Made by a program: the position numbers and the translations under genes. A DNA stretch of 64,000 nucleotides from an uncultured delta proteobacterium (lineage in GTDB: Bacteria; Desulfobacterota; Binatia; HRBIN30; BPIQ01). Of the stretch, positions 1 through 8,775 are shown piece by piece. The stretch spans positions 128,001-192,000 of the forward strand of contig CAVXGR010000016.1 of assembly GCA_963761335.1 (NCBI GenBank), given 5' to 3'. The notes under the pieces are model-generated. The model had not been told where the DNA came from, did not search any database, and worked only from the letters and a program-made list of their open reading frames with translations. The stretch's first letter is position 1, and the number at the start of each line of letters is the position of its first letter.

Positions 1-168
1 GGTGCCATCGTGCTCATCCTCGGCATCTATCCGCACGCCGTCCTCGACCTGACCACCGAGTCGCTGAACAGCCTCAACCAGGTGGTGCGGCCCTACTACC
101 AGCAGGCGAGCGCGCCCGCAGAGCACATCCTGGTGTCGGCGGCGGTGCCGCCGAAGCGGGCCGACTGA
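1..168 (+). CDS. nuoM: C-terminal fragment of NADH-quinone oxidoreductase subunit M (runs off window start)
   Basis: Frame 1 reads GAIVLILGIYPHAVLDL...RAD*; the LGIYP helix and position directly upstream of nuoN fit the NuoM C-terminus. Confidence 0.75.
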   Translation, partial: GAIVLILGIYPHAVLDLTTESLNSLNQVVRPYYQQASAPAEHILVSAAVPPKRAD

Positions 169-198
169 GGCCGGCCGGCAGGCGCTGGGGGATCGCCG

Positions 199-1680
199 AT
201 GAATCTGGGAAACGCCGACAGTCTCGCCTATCTGTGGCCGGAGATCGTCCTCGTCCTGACCATCCTCGGCGTCTTTGTCGCCGATCTGCTGGTGCGCCGC
301 AAGGAGACCCTCGCCTACGTCGCCCTCGCCGGCGCCGCCGTCTCCTTCCTGCTCGCCACCTTCCTCTTCGGCAGCAAGCCGGGCTGGCTCTTCCACCAGA
401 TGATCGTCCTCGACAACTTCGCCGTCTTCTTCAAGATGCTGTTCGCGCTGGCGCTGACGGCGGCGATTCTCATGTCGATGACCTCCAACGAGGTGCGCGC
501 CTCGCGCAGCCAGGGGGAGTACTACGCGCTGCTGCTCTCCGGTGGCCTGGGCATGTACTTCATGGCCTCGGCGGCCAACCTGCTGATGGCCTACCTGGCG
601 CTCGAGTTCGTGAGCCTCACCTCCTACGTGCTCACCGGCTACATGCGCCACAGCCGGCGCTCCGGTGAGGCGGCGCTCAAGTACCTGATCTACGGGGGCG
701 TGGCCTCGGGGACGATGATCTACGGCATGAGCTGGATCTACGGGCTCTCCGGCAGCATGGACTACGCAGCCATCAACACCGCCCTGATGCACGGCGATCC
801 GAACAAGCTCACCCTCTTCATCGCCTTGCTGCTGGTGCTCACCGGCTTCGGCTACAAGATCGCCGCCGTCCCCTTTCACATGTGGGCGCCCGACGTCTAC
901 CAGGGCGCGCCGATCCCGGTGGCGGCCTTCCTCGCCGTCGGCTCCAAGGCGGCCGGCTTCGCTCTCGCCATCCGCTTCTTCTACCCGGCGATCTCGCACG
1001 CCACGACCGGAGGTGCCTGGCAGTTTCTGCCCGGCGTCGACTGGCCGCAGGTGGTGCTGGTGCTGTCGATGGTGACCATGACCCTCGGCAACCTGGCGGC
1101 GCTCTCGCAACAGAACCTGAAGCGCCTGCTCGCCTACTCGAGCATCGCCCACGCCGGCTACGCGCTCATGGGCTTCGCCGTGCTCAGCAACAATGGCCTG
1201 CGGGCCATGCTCTTCTACCTGGTGGCCTACTACCTGATGAACCTCGGCGCCTTCCTGGTGGTCATGGTGGTGGCCAACTCAACGGGTCGCGAGGACATCG
1301 ACGGCTTCCGCGGCCTCGCCTGGCGGGGCGGGGCTCTGCCGGCGCTGACCATGGCGGTGTTCCTCTTCTCGCTCGCCGGGTTGCCGCCGCTGGCCGGGTT
1401 CATCGGCAAGTTCTACCTCTTCGCCGCCGTGATCGAGGGCAAGTTCTACCTTCTGGCGATCGTCGGCGTCCTCAACAGCGTCGTCTCGCTCTATTATTAC
1501 GCCCGCATCGTCAAGGCGATGTTCCTCGACCAGCCCGAAAAGGACGACCCGCGCGTCGCCGTCGACACCCAGAACGGCTCGCTGCTCTGGGGCCTGGCCG
1601 GCGCCACGCTGGTGCTGGGCGTATACTGGACGCCGGTGATCGGCTTGGTTGACCGATCGTTGCACTTCTTCACCGGCTGA
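199..1680 (+). CDS. nuoN: NADH-quinone oxidoreductase subunit N
   Basis: 493 aa polytopic membrane protein with GYKIAAVPFHMWAPDVYQGAP, LKRLLAYSSIAHAGY and SLAGLPPLAGFIGKF motifs. Confidence 0.96.
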   Translation: MNLGNADSLAYLWPEIVLVLTILGVFVADLLVRRKETLAYVALAGAAVSFLLATFLFGSKPGWLFHQMIVLDNFAVFFKMLFALALTAAILMSMTSNEVRASRSQGEYYALLLSGGLGMYFMASAANLLMAYLALEFVSLTSYVLTGYMRHSRRSGEAALKYLIYGGVASGTMIYGMSWIYGLSGSMDYAAINTALMHGDPNKLTLFIALLLVLTGFGYKIAAVPFHMWAPDVYQGAPIPVAAFLAVGSKAAGFALAIRFFYPAISHATTGGAWQFLPGVDWPQVVLVLSMVTMTLGNLAALSQQNLKRLLAYSSIAHAGYALMGFAVLSNNGLRAMLFYLVAYYLMNLGAFLVVMVVANSTGREDIDGFRGLAWRGGALPALTMAVFLFSLAGLPPLAGFIGKFYLFAAVIEGKFYLLAIVGVLNSVVSLYYYARIVKAMFLDQPEKDDPRVAVDTQNGSLLWGLAGATLVLGVYWTPVIGLVDRSLHFFTG

Positions 1681-1761
1681 AGCAGGCGTCGCGTCCGTGC
1701 GCGCCTTGGCCGGGTGGATCGGCCTGGGGGCGGGGCTCGCTCATCCTCGCTGCGCCAACCT

Positions 1762-2274
1762 TCACTCCGTTGGAGGGTCGACGGGCAGATCGGTCGTGGC
1801 GACGGCGTACACCCGGCCGTCCTTTGTGAGCGGCACCGAGAGCGTCACCATCCAGATGTCGCCGCCTCCCGCGTCGAAGTACGGATCGGTCCATACCGAC
1901 TCCATGCTGTCGCGCGGTTCGGCAAGCCAATCCTGGTTGTCGATGTCATAGTCGGGAGTGGCGAGATTCTTTTCGGCCAGCACGTCGCCGAGGCGGTAAA
2001 CGTACGGGCTGTCGAACACGGCTCCATCTTCACCGATGCTGGCGACTGTACTGCCGAAGAAGATCGGATGGGCTTCGAGGTAGGCGCGAATCTGGTCCGG
2101 CAGCGCTCCCTGCGACGGGAAATCGGCGGCGAGCTCGGCAGCGAAGTCGTTCAGGGCAATCTCCACCTGGGTTCGCTGGTCCACCTGGGCTCCTCGACCG
2201 TCACTGCCGCAGCCTGCGAAACTGACAACGAGCAGACCGAGAAGCAGGGAACGAGAGATATAGTGAAATCGCAT
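1762..2274 (-). CDS. Lipoprotein consisting of a single Cache/PDC-like sensor domain
   Basis: Lipobox FAGC after a hydrophobic stretch; WTDPYFDAGGG..MVTLSVP..AVATTD resembles the Cache_1 membrane-distal module. Confidence 0.7.
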   Translation of the reverse strand: MRFHYISRSLLLGLLVVSFAGCGSDGRGAQVDQRTQVEIALNDFAAELAADFPSQGALPDQIRAYLEAHPIFFGSTVASIGEDGAVFDSPYVYRLGDVLAEKNLATPDYDIDNQDWLAEPRDSMESVWTDPYFDAGGGDIWMVTLSVPLTKDGRVYAVATTDLPVDPPTE

Positions 2275-2329
2275 GGGATCCTCCGCGGGCCTGGAAGGCT
2301 GCTCTCTGTTTGAGCGGTGGAACTCTTAC

Positions 2330-2344
2330 GCACGTAGTGTGCCA
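2330..2344 (-). promoter_or_regulatory. Putative sigma-54 (-24/-12) promoter for the Cache lipoprotein
   Basis: Minus strand TGGCACACTACGTGC: GG-N10-GC with TGGCAC, about 55 nt upstream of the ATG at 2274. Confidence 0.45.
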
Positions 2345-2556
2345 GGGATTCGATCCGATCGGGCGCATAGCGTTCTACGGGTTCGCCGTCGGCAATTCCG
2401 GCGCCATTTGACCGCTTGCGGGGCCAGAGCTGAGAAGGTGACGCGGCAGAATATTCTTTGACAAGGCCCGCCCGGCTGCCGTATGAGCCGAACAGCTGTC
2501 GAAACGCAACGGGTCTGTGTGCGCTTGGTGTCGGATCACCGAGAAAGGGGGGCAGC

Positions 2557-5500
2557 ATGGTCAGTCGGCTTGGATGCCTGATCGGGGCGGCGCTGATTTC
2601 CCTGGCGACGTTCTGGGCGTCGCCGTCGGGCGCGACTTCTCTGCAGCTGAAACGAGCGGTGAAACAGGCTCAGGCGGCGCCGGGGCGATTGATCGTCAAG
2701 TATCGGCCCGGCATGGACGCCTGCGTCGACTGCCTCCTGGCGAAGAGGATTCCCTTGGCGACGGTCACCGGCACGGAGTCCCTCGACCGGCTGAACCGCT
2801 TGCTCGGAGTCCGCGGCGCTCGGCCTCTGGGGTTCGCCTCGGGGAGCCTGGGGAAAGGCCGCGCCGCGGCCTACTCGAAGCGGGTGGCCTCGATCCGGGC
2901 GCGATTCCCGGCGCGCACCGCCCGGGCGCCGCAAGACGCGGTGGTGCCGGATCTCTCCAGGGTCTACGTCCTCGACCTGCCGCGCGACCTCGACGTCGAG
3001 CGGGCGGCGGCGCTCTACGCTGCCGATCCCGGCGTCGAGTATGCCCAACCCGATTACGAGCTGCAGGTCTCGCTCTCCCCGAACGACTCCTACTACTCGA
3101 GCTCCGGCACCTGGCAGCAGTCGTACCCCGACCTGTGGGGTCTGCACATCACCGACGCGGGCACCGCCTGGGACACCTCGACAGGCGCCGGAACGGTGGT
3201 GGCGATCATCGATACGGGGGTCGATTACCAACATCCCGATCTCGCCGCCAACATGTGGACGAATCCGAATGAGATTCCGGGCAACGGTGTTGACGACGAT
3301 GGCAACGGCTTCGTCGACGACGTCTATGGCTGGAACTTCGTCGACGACGACAACGACCCGATGGACGACTTCGGCCACGGCACACACGTCGCCGGAACCG
3401 TGGCGGCGGTGGGCAACAACGGGATCGGCGTGGTCGGCATGGCGTTCGGTGCCCGGGTGATGGCGGTGAAGGGGCTGAACGCGCAGGGCCTCGGTTACGT
3501 TTCCGACCTCGCGTCGGCGATCCTGTACGCGGCCGACAACGGCGCCGACGTACTCAACAACAGCTGGGGCGGCTTCAGCTTCAACCTCGCCACAGGAGAG
3601 AGCTCCGCGCTCCGGGACGCGGTTGAGACCGCGTCCGCCCTCGGGGTGGTCGTCGTCGCCTCGGCGGGCAACTCCAACACCAACGTGAACTACCAGGAGC
3701 CGGCAGGCTATCCGACGGTCATCGCCGTCGGCGCAACGGATGCTTACGACCAGCGTGCCAGCTTCTCGAACAAGGGGACTCGGCTCTCGGTGGCCGCCCC
3801 CGGGGTCGATGTCCTGTCGTTGCGCAGCTCGATCTCTCCGGTCGACAAGTACGGCGAGCGGGTCGGCTCGAGCTATCTCAGACTCAACGGTACCAGCATG
3901 GCCTCGCCGCACGTCGCCGGCTTGAGCGCGGTGCTGCTGGCATCGCAACCGAACCTCACCCCCGACGAGGTGCGCTGGCACCTCGAGCTGAATGCCGATC
4001 AGCCAGGGTATCCGGGATATGAAGGACTGCTGTTCAACCCGTACTTCGGCTATGGGCGCATCAACGCCGCACGCATCTTCGACACGCCCCCCGTGACCAC
4101 GCGTCTGACGGGCTCGGTGGATCTCCACGTCTACGCGGACTCCGTCGAAGCCGACCTTGCTGCGGCGAGCTTCCTGTTCACCACGGAAGACCCGGTCGCC
4201 TGGACGATATCGAGCCCTTCATGGCTGCTGCCGTCGGAAACGAGCGGCAGCGGACCGCTGCAGGATTCGCTCGGGGTGGACACGACCGGTCTGGCCGCCG
4301 GTGAATACGCGGACGACTTGGCGCTGGATGCCCCGGACGCCGTGGATGGGGGTGGGAGCTTCCCAGTGACGCTACACGTCCACTCGGATCCGCGCCTTGG
4401 CGCGCCCATCCGGATCACCGACGACTACGTCGACCCCTACGTCGCTCCGGGCGGAGTGCCGGTGGTCGGCGATGGAATGGGCTTCTTCACGGCCTGGCCG
4501 CAGCAGCAGACGCAACCTCCGCAGCTCTACGCCGCGCGCGTCGACGGCGCAGGGAACGTCCACGGCCCATATCCCATTCACACCAACCAGCCTGCGGAGG
4601 GGGCGGCTTATTACGATGAACCGACCGTCGCCTTCGATGGCCGCAACTACCTGGTCGTCTGGAACAATGTCGGGCTGATCCACGGGTATCGGAGCCGCAC
4701 CTACACCAACACGGTGATGGCGATGCGGGTCACCCCATCAGGGGAAGCCCTCGACCCGACGCCCATCGTGCTCATGTCCGAGAAGGACCACAGCGGCAAC
4801 ATATTCGTCTTCGACGTCGCCGCCGGTTGGGACGGCGAGGCGTACACGGTCATGTGGGCACAGGGCAACGTCCGCACCGACCGCGCCAAGGTCTACGCCC
4901 GACAGCTCGGTTCGGACGGCACCCTGCGCGGCAAGGCGAGCAAGCTCTTTCCCAACCGGGCGACTCGGCTCTCGAGTCACTCGAAATGGATCGACCCGGA
5001 GCTCGCCTGCCTGGCGGGTGGCTGCGTCTTCATCTGGGGAGAGCGCACGGGAGCCGCCAGCTCGGCGGGATATTACCTCGATGACGTATATGCTGTTCGT
5101 CTGGATGGCGCAGCTCTGGCGGACCGCAATGCCACCCGCCTTCTGACGGGAGTGAACCTCGGCCTGGACAAAGCTCGGGTGATTACCAACGGCAGCGAGT
5201 ACCTGGTGACCGGAATGGAGGTCGTCGAGTGCTCGGGGATTCTCTGTGGGAGGAACCTGCTGGCGACGCGCGTCAGCGCCTCGGGGCTGCTGAGCGCTTC
5301 GGAACCGGCGCGCCTGAATGCCGCGCCCATCACCGAGGCATCCGTGTTCCGTGTCTCGTCCGACGGCGAGAACTATATCGTGAGCTTCGTCGGCGGTGGG
5401 TCGCGTTTTGGCCGTCAGATCTTCGGGTTCAGAGTCGGCCCCGACCTGCAGCCGATCGACCTCGAAGAGCCCGGGGCGCTGTTGATGCCCGAGAGCCTCG

Positions 5501-6207
5501 GTACGGTGCCGCCGACGTACGGCACCTCCATGGCGACGCGGCTCGTCGGCACTCCGAGATATGCCGGCGTGATCTGGGTCGACACCCTGAATTTCGATCC
5601 CGGCAGCACGATGGTGACCTGGACGAGCCCGATCTCGGTGCAGCGGGTCTTCCCGCGCGCCCTGCCAGCCGGCTATCCGACCTACGCGATCGGCGCCGTC
5701 GGACCGTTGAGCGTGCGAGAACGCGAGCCGCTGCGCTTCGCACTGACAGCGCCGGCATTGGACCCGGCGACGACCACGTTCAGCGCCTCGGGGCTCCCGA
5801 GCGGCGCCTTGCTCGATCCGACCGGCCTCTTCGTGTGGACTCCCGCGGGAAGCGAGGCGGGTGTCTATCCCGGCGTGCACTTCGAGGCCACCGACGGGAC
5901 GCAGACCGTCAGCGAGGACACGACGATCACGGTAGCGGAAGCGAGCCTGTCGATATCCGGTACGGTGACTCTGAGCGGCGGCGGGCCGGCGCCCGGCATC
6001 GTGCTGCGGGTTGGCGGCCTTCGCGGTTGGACCACGGTGACCGATGCGGAGGGGCACTTCCGGATCGAGGACCTCGCGCCGCACCACTACTCTCTGAAGC
6101 TGGATCGAGCCAGCCACAAGCAGTACACCGCGAGCCCGGGAACGACGGCGGTGGTGCTGGGCAGCGCCGACGTCAGCAACGTCAGCATCGTCGTGTCGCC
6201 GCGATAG
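2557..6207 (+). CDS. Secreted S8 (subtilisin-family) serine protease with long C-terminal accessory region (Ig-like modules, carboxypeptidase-regulatory-like tail)
   Basis: Signal peptide from ATG 2557 (purine-rich RBS AAAGGGGG); catalytic motifs VAIIDTG, HGTHVAG, GTSMASPHVAG; NGVDDDGNGFVDD Ca-binding loop. Confidence 0.92.
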   Translation: MVSRLGCLIGAALISLATFWASPSGATSLQLKRAVKQAQAAPGRLIVKYRPGMDACVDCLLAKRIPLATVTGTESLDRLNRLLGVRGARPLGFASGSLGKGRAAAYSKRVASIRARFPARTARAPQDAVVPDLSRVYVLDLPRDLDVERAAALYAADPGVEYAQPDYELQVSLSPNDSYYSSSGTWQQSYPDLWGLHITDAGTAWDTSTGAGTVVAIIDTGVDYQHPDLAANMWTNPNEIPGNGVDDDGNGFVDDVYGWNFVDDDNDPMDDFGHGTHVAGTVAAVGNNGIGVVGMAFGARVMAVKGLNAQGLGYVSDLASAILYAADNGADVLNNSWGGFSFNLATGESSALRDAVETASALGVVVVASAGNSNTNVNYQEPAGYPTVIAVGATDAYDQRASFSNKGTRLSVAAPGVDVLSLRSSISPVDKYGERVGSSYLRLNGTSMASPHVAGLSAVLLASQPNLTPDEVRWHLELNADQPGYPGYEGLLFNPYFGYGRINAARIFDTPPVTTRLTGSVDLHVYADSVEADLAAASFLFTTEDPVAWTISSPSWLLPSETSGSGPLQDSLGVDTTGLAAGEYADDLALDAPDAVDGGGSFPVTLHVHSDPRLGAPIRITDDYVDPYVAPGGVPVVGDGMGFFTAWPQQQTQPPQLYAARVDGAGNVHGPYPIHTNQPAEGAAYYDEPTVAFDGRNYLVVWNNVGLIHGYRSRTYTNTVMAMRVTPSGEALDPTPIVLMSEKDHSGNIFVFDVAAGWDGEAYTVMWAQGNVRTDRAKVYARQLGSDGTLRGKASKLFPNRATRLSSHSKWIDPELACLAGGCVFIWGERTGAASSAGYYLDDVYAVRLDGAALADRNATRLLTGVNLGLDKARVITNGSEYLVTGMEVVECSGILCGRNLLATRVSASGLLSASEPARLNAAPITEASVFRVSSDGENYIVSFVGGGSRFGRQIFGFRVGPDLQPIDLEEPGALLMPESLGTVPPTYGTSMATRLVGTPRYAGVIWVDTLNFDPGSTMVTWTSPISVQRVFPRALPAGYPTYAIGAVGPLSVREREPLRFALTAPALDPATTTFSASGLPSGALLDPTGLFVWTPAGSEAGVYPGVHFEATDGTQTVSEDTTITVAEASLSISGTVTLSGGGPAPGIVLRVGGLRGWTTVTDAEGHFRIEDLAPHHYSLKLDRASHKQYTASPGTTAVVLGSADVSNVSIVVSPR

Positions 6208-6263
6208 TGCTCCCGTCGGGGGACGGTAGCCGGAATCGCCGGGAGTCCCCCGATGGCAATGTG

Positions 6264-6653
6264 CCCGCGCCCCTGGCGGGGCGCAACGGGCGGCTTCGGT
6301 AGCCCCGGGTCTTCGACCCGGGGCTACACGCCCGCGCCCCTTCCGGGGCGAATGAGGTCCAAACTCCGGGCCGCGGGTGCAACCTCGGGGCCGTTCGACC
6401 CGGGGAGACGAGAAGCGTCGGGCATCGCGCCGCGGAGCGGCGCAAGTCATGTAGCCCCGGGTCGAAGACTCGGGGAGACGGGGAGCGCCGGGCATCGCGC
6501 CGCGGAGCGGCGCAGGCATGTAGCCCCGGGTCGAAGACCCGGGGAGACGGGAAGCGCCAGGCATCGCGCCGCGGAGCGGCGCAGGCATGTAGCCCCGGGT
6601 CGAAGACCCGGGGAACGGCGTTGGCGTTCCCCGATGCGCCCCGTCAGGGGCGC
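6264..6653. repeat. GTAG-type REP cluster: three 69-bp-period tandem units plus one inverted and one degenerate copy
   Basis: GTAGCCCCGGGTCGAAGAC(C/T)CGGGG at 6451, 6520 and 6589, each preceded by a GCGCCGCGGAGCGGCGC hairpin; palindromic copy at 6299-6327; lies between convergent genes. Confidence 0.85.
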
Positions 6654-6684
6654 GGCTGCGGCTTTGAGACAGCGACGCTACCCA

Positions 6685-8001
6685 CTATCGACAAGTGCGA
6701 GGTGGTGACGGGGTGCCTGCCGGGGCCGGCGCCGAGCTTGCGTTTTCGTTCAGCGCCATCATGAACTTGCCCGACGGGGCGCGGGCAATGTGCTCGACGC
6801 GCTCGAGCTCGACGGCGGCGGCGGAGCGCAGAACGGTTTCGAAATGGCGGCGGATCTCCGCCTCATCCTCCGCGTTCATGTCGTGCTCGCCGACGAACCT
6901 GACGGCAAATTCCCCGATGCGCCGCTGGATCACCTGGTACTGCTTGACCCACTCGCGGGCGCTGAGCGGTTGAAACAGCGCCCACGGGACCACCTTCTTG
7001 CCGTCGCCGTCGATGAACAGGTTGATCTCGCGGCCGGCGACGGCGCCGAGCAGCGGAAGGGTGCGGCCACAGCTGCAGGAGCCGCCGGCACTGACGGCGT
7101 AGTCGCCGATCTCGTAGCGGATGAGCGGCATCAGGCGGTTGTGCAGCGTCGTCACCAGAACGCGGCCCATCCGCCCGGGAGGCAGCGGGCGACCGGCTTC
7201 GTCGACGATCTCGAGGAGGACGTGCTCGGCGTTGACGTGATAGCTTCCGGCGGGACACTGCCAGGCGAGGAAGGCCTCCGTGGAGCCGTAGTTGTCCGCC
7301 ACCTCGACACCGAAGACGCGGCGCAATCTCTCGCGCAGCGAAGGTTCGAGCACCTCCGAGCCGGAGAAGATCTTGCGCAGCGACGGCAACCGCCATCCTT
7401 CGGCCTGGAACATTCGCGACAGCCCGTCGAGATTGACCGGGTAGGCGTAGAGGCACACCGGGTCGAGCTGCCGCAGCCAGCCCGCCTGCTCCTCGAGTGC
7501 GGTGAGATGGGAGAGGAAATGCGCGCCGAACCATCGCGCCCTGCGGGTGAACACCGCGTCGGGTGAGCGCATGCCGGTCGAGACGATCCAGCAGCTGCGG
7601 CGCAGCGGGCTCCAGCCGTTGGCGCGCAGATAACGGGCGCGCGCCGCGAAGCGGCTCGCCTGATGACCGGCGTCGTACAGGAACGATACCGGCATTCCGG
7701 TCGACCCCGAGGTCCGCGACGAATCGGCGAGCTGCGCCGCCGCGGGATGAAGCGATCTCACCGAATCGGCGAGGGCCGGAATCTCGCGGCGCGAGACGAT
7801 CGGAAGGCGCGCCAGATCGCCTGGTCGGGCCGCCGCCGAGCCCAAGCGCGAGCGATAGAAGGGGATCTGCCCGGCGGCTTCCAGAGTGGCGGCGAGATGC
7901 TCTTCGACGTAGCGCCGCATCCTGTCCACCGCCCAGTATTGGGAGCGCCGCAGCTGCAGGTACTGCGGCGCGGCGCCGAGAAGTCCGCCGAATCTCGCCA
8001 A
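6685..8001 (-). CDS. Phenylacetate-CoA ligase family (PaaK/CapK-like) adenylate-forming enzyme
   Basis: TSGSTG P-loop, DNYGSTE, RYEIGD and C-terminal SGKF motifs of the ANL superfamily; TTG start uncertain. Confidence 0.85.
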   Translation of the reverse strand: MARFGGLLGAAPQYLQLRRSQYWAVDRMRRYVEEHLAATLEAAGQIPFYRSRLGSAAARPGDLARLPIVSRREIPALADSVRSLHPAAAQLADSSRTSGSTGMPVSFLYDAGHQASRFAARARYLRANGWSPLRRSCWIVSTGMRSPDAVFTRRARWFGAHFLSHLTALEEQAGWLRQLDPVCLYAYPVNLDGLSRMFQAEGWRLPSLRKIFSGSEVLEPSLRERLRRVFGVEVADNYGSTEAFLAWQCPAGSYHVNAEHVLLEIVDEAGRPLPPGRMGRVLVTTLHNRLMPLIRYEIGDYAVSAGGSCSCGRTLPLLGAVAGREINLFIDGDGKKVVPWALFQPLSAREWVKQYQVIQRRIGEFAVRFVGEHDMNAEDEAEIRRHFETVLRSAAAVELERVEHIARAPSGKFMMALNENASSAPAPAGTPSPPRTCR

Positions 8002-8040
8002 AGTGGCGGCGATGTTATCACCGCCGCGAGGACGAAGTCA

Positions 8041-8459
8041 GGTAGCGGGGGATTTTGAAATGAAACGCGGCAAGCTTCGATCCACCACAACCCCCATTCG
8101 CTGAGTTGAACCCGACTTCCCCAAGCTGCATCTGTGGCCGAGAGCTCGGAGATCATTCGCCCCGGAGGGGCGCAGGCATGTAGCCCCGGGTCGGAGACCC
8201 GGGGATCCCGAAGTCGACGTCCGTTGGCGCCCCGCCAGGGGCGCGGGCGCGGCTTTGACACAGGCCTCTGCACCCGGGGTTGCACGCCTGCGCCCCTGGC
8301 GGGGCGCATCGGGAAGGCGGACCCGGGATCGATCCCCGGGTCTCCGACCCGGGGCTCCATGCCTGCGCCGCTTCGCGGCGCGATCCCCACCGGCCAAGTT
8401 AGTTAGATTGTCATGGATTTTGAAATGAAACGCGTTTGATCTCAAAATCCACCACTACC
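8041..8459. mobile_element. 419-bp non-autonomous MITE with 29-bp imperfect TIRs and 8-bp target-site duplication
   Basis: Left end 8041-8069 GGTAGCGGGGGATTTTGAAATGAAACGCG; right end 8431-8459 reverse complement GGTAGTGGTGGATTTTGAGATCAAACGCG (25/29 identical); CGAAGTCA duplicated at 8033-8040 and 8460-8467; no transposase ORF. Confidence 0.85.
8158..8384. repeat. Inverted REP pair (REPIN-like) inside the MITE, same family as 6264-6653
   Basis: GTAGCCCCGGGTCGGAGACCCGGGG at 8180-8204 (+) and GGAGCCCCGGGTCGGAGACCCGGGG at 8334-8358 (-), both preceded by GCGCAGGCAT. Confidence 0.8.
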
Positions 8460-8526
8460 CGAAGTCATCGGCTGTTGACGAAAGCACCTCGAGTCCTGTA
8501 GAGGTGCGGCGAAAGCGAGGTATCGT

Positions 8527-8709
8527 ATGCTACGGCGAACCATCGATCTGAAAGCATTGGCGCAGATCCATTCGATCGAAGTCGATCGCATGGCGAAGGC
8601 GATCCGGCGCGATGGCGGCGGCGTGCTGTGGACCGCCGAGATGCGCGCCACCACCCGCGGCGGCAAATGCTTGGTGATGCCCGCCGAGGACGAGCCCGAT
8701 TCAATCTAG
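8527..8709 (+). CDS. 60-aa peptide, candidate RiPP precursor
   Basis: ATG with GAGG 6 nt upstream and TTGACG -35-like box at 8475; sits 66 bp upstream of an HExxH peptide-modification gene. Confidence 0.6.
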   Translation: MLRRTIDLKALAQIHSIEVDRMAKAIRRDGGGVLWTAEMRATTRGGKCLVMPAEDEPDSI

Positions 8710-8775
8710 GGCCCGCGGCCGGTCGAAATCCGACGGATTGCCAACGGCCACGGCCGGCGGCGTGCTCCAATTCAG

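Noticed and set aside
6421..6613. Possible CRISPR array
   Set aside because: The sequences between the palindromes are near-identical rather than unique spacers, and no cas genes are present; it fits a REP tandem
4738..6708. ORFs 4738-6588 (-) and 6253-6708 (+) with repeated peptides
   Set aside because: They are translations of the REP repeats and the antisense of the protease gene
8668..8679. CLVM resembles a CaaX prenylation box in the small peptide
   Set aside because: It is not C-terminal (nine residues follow) and no prenyltransferase is nearby
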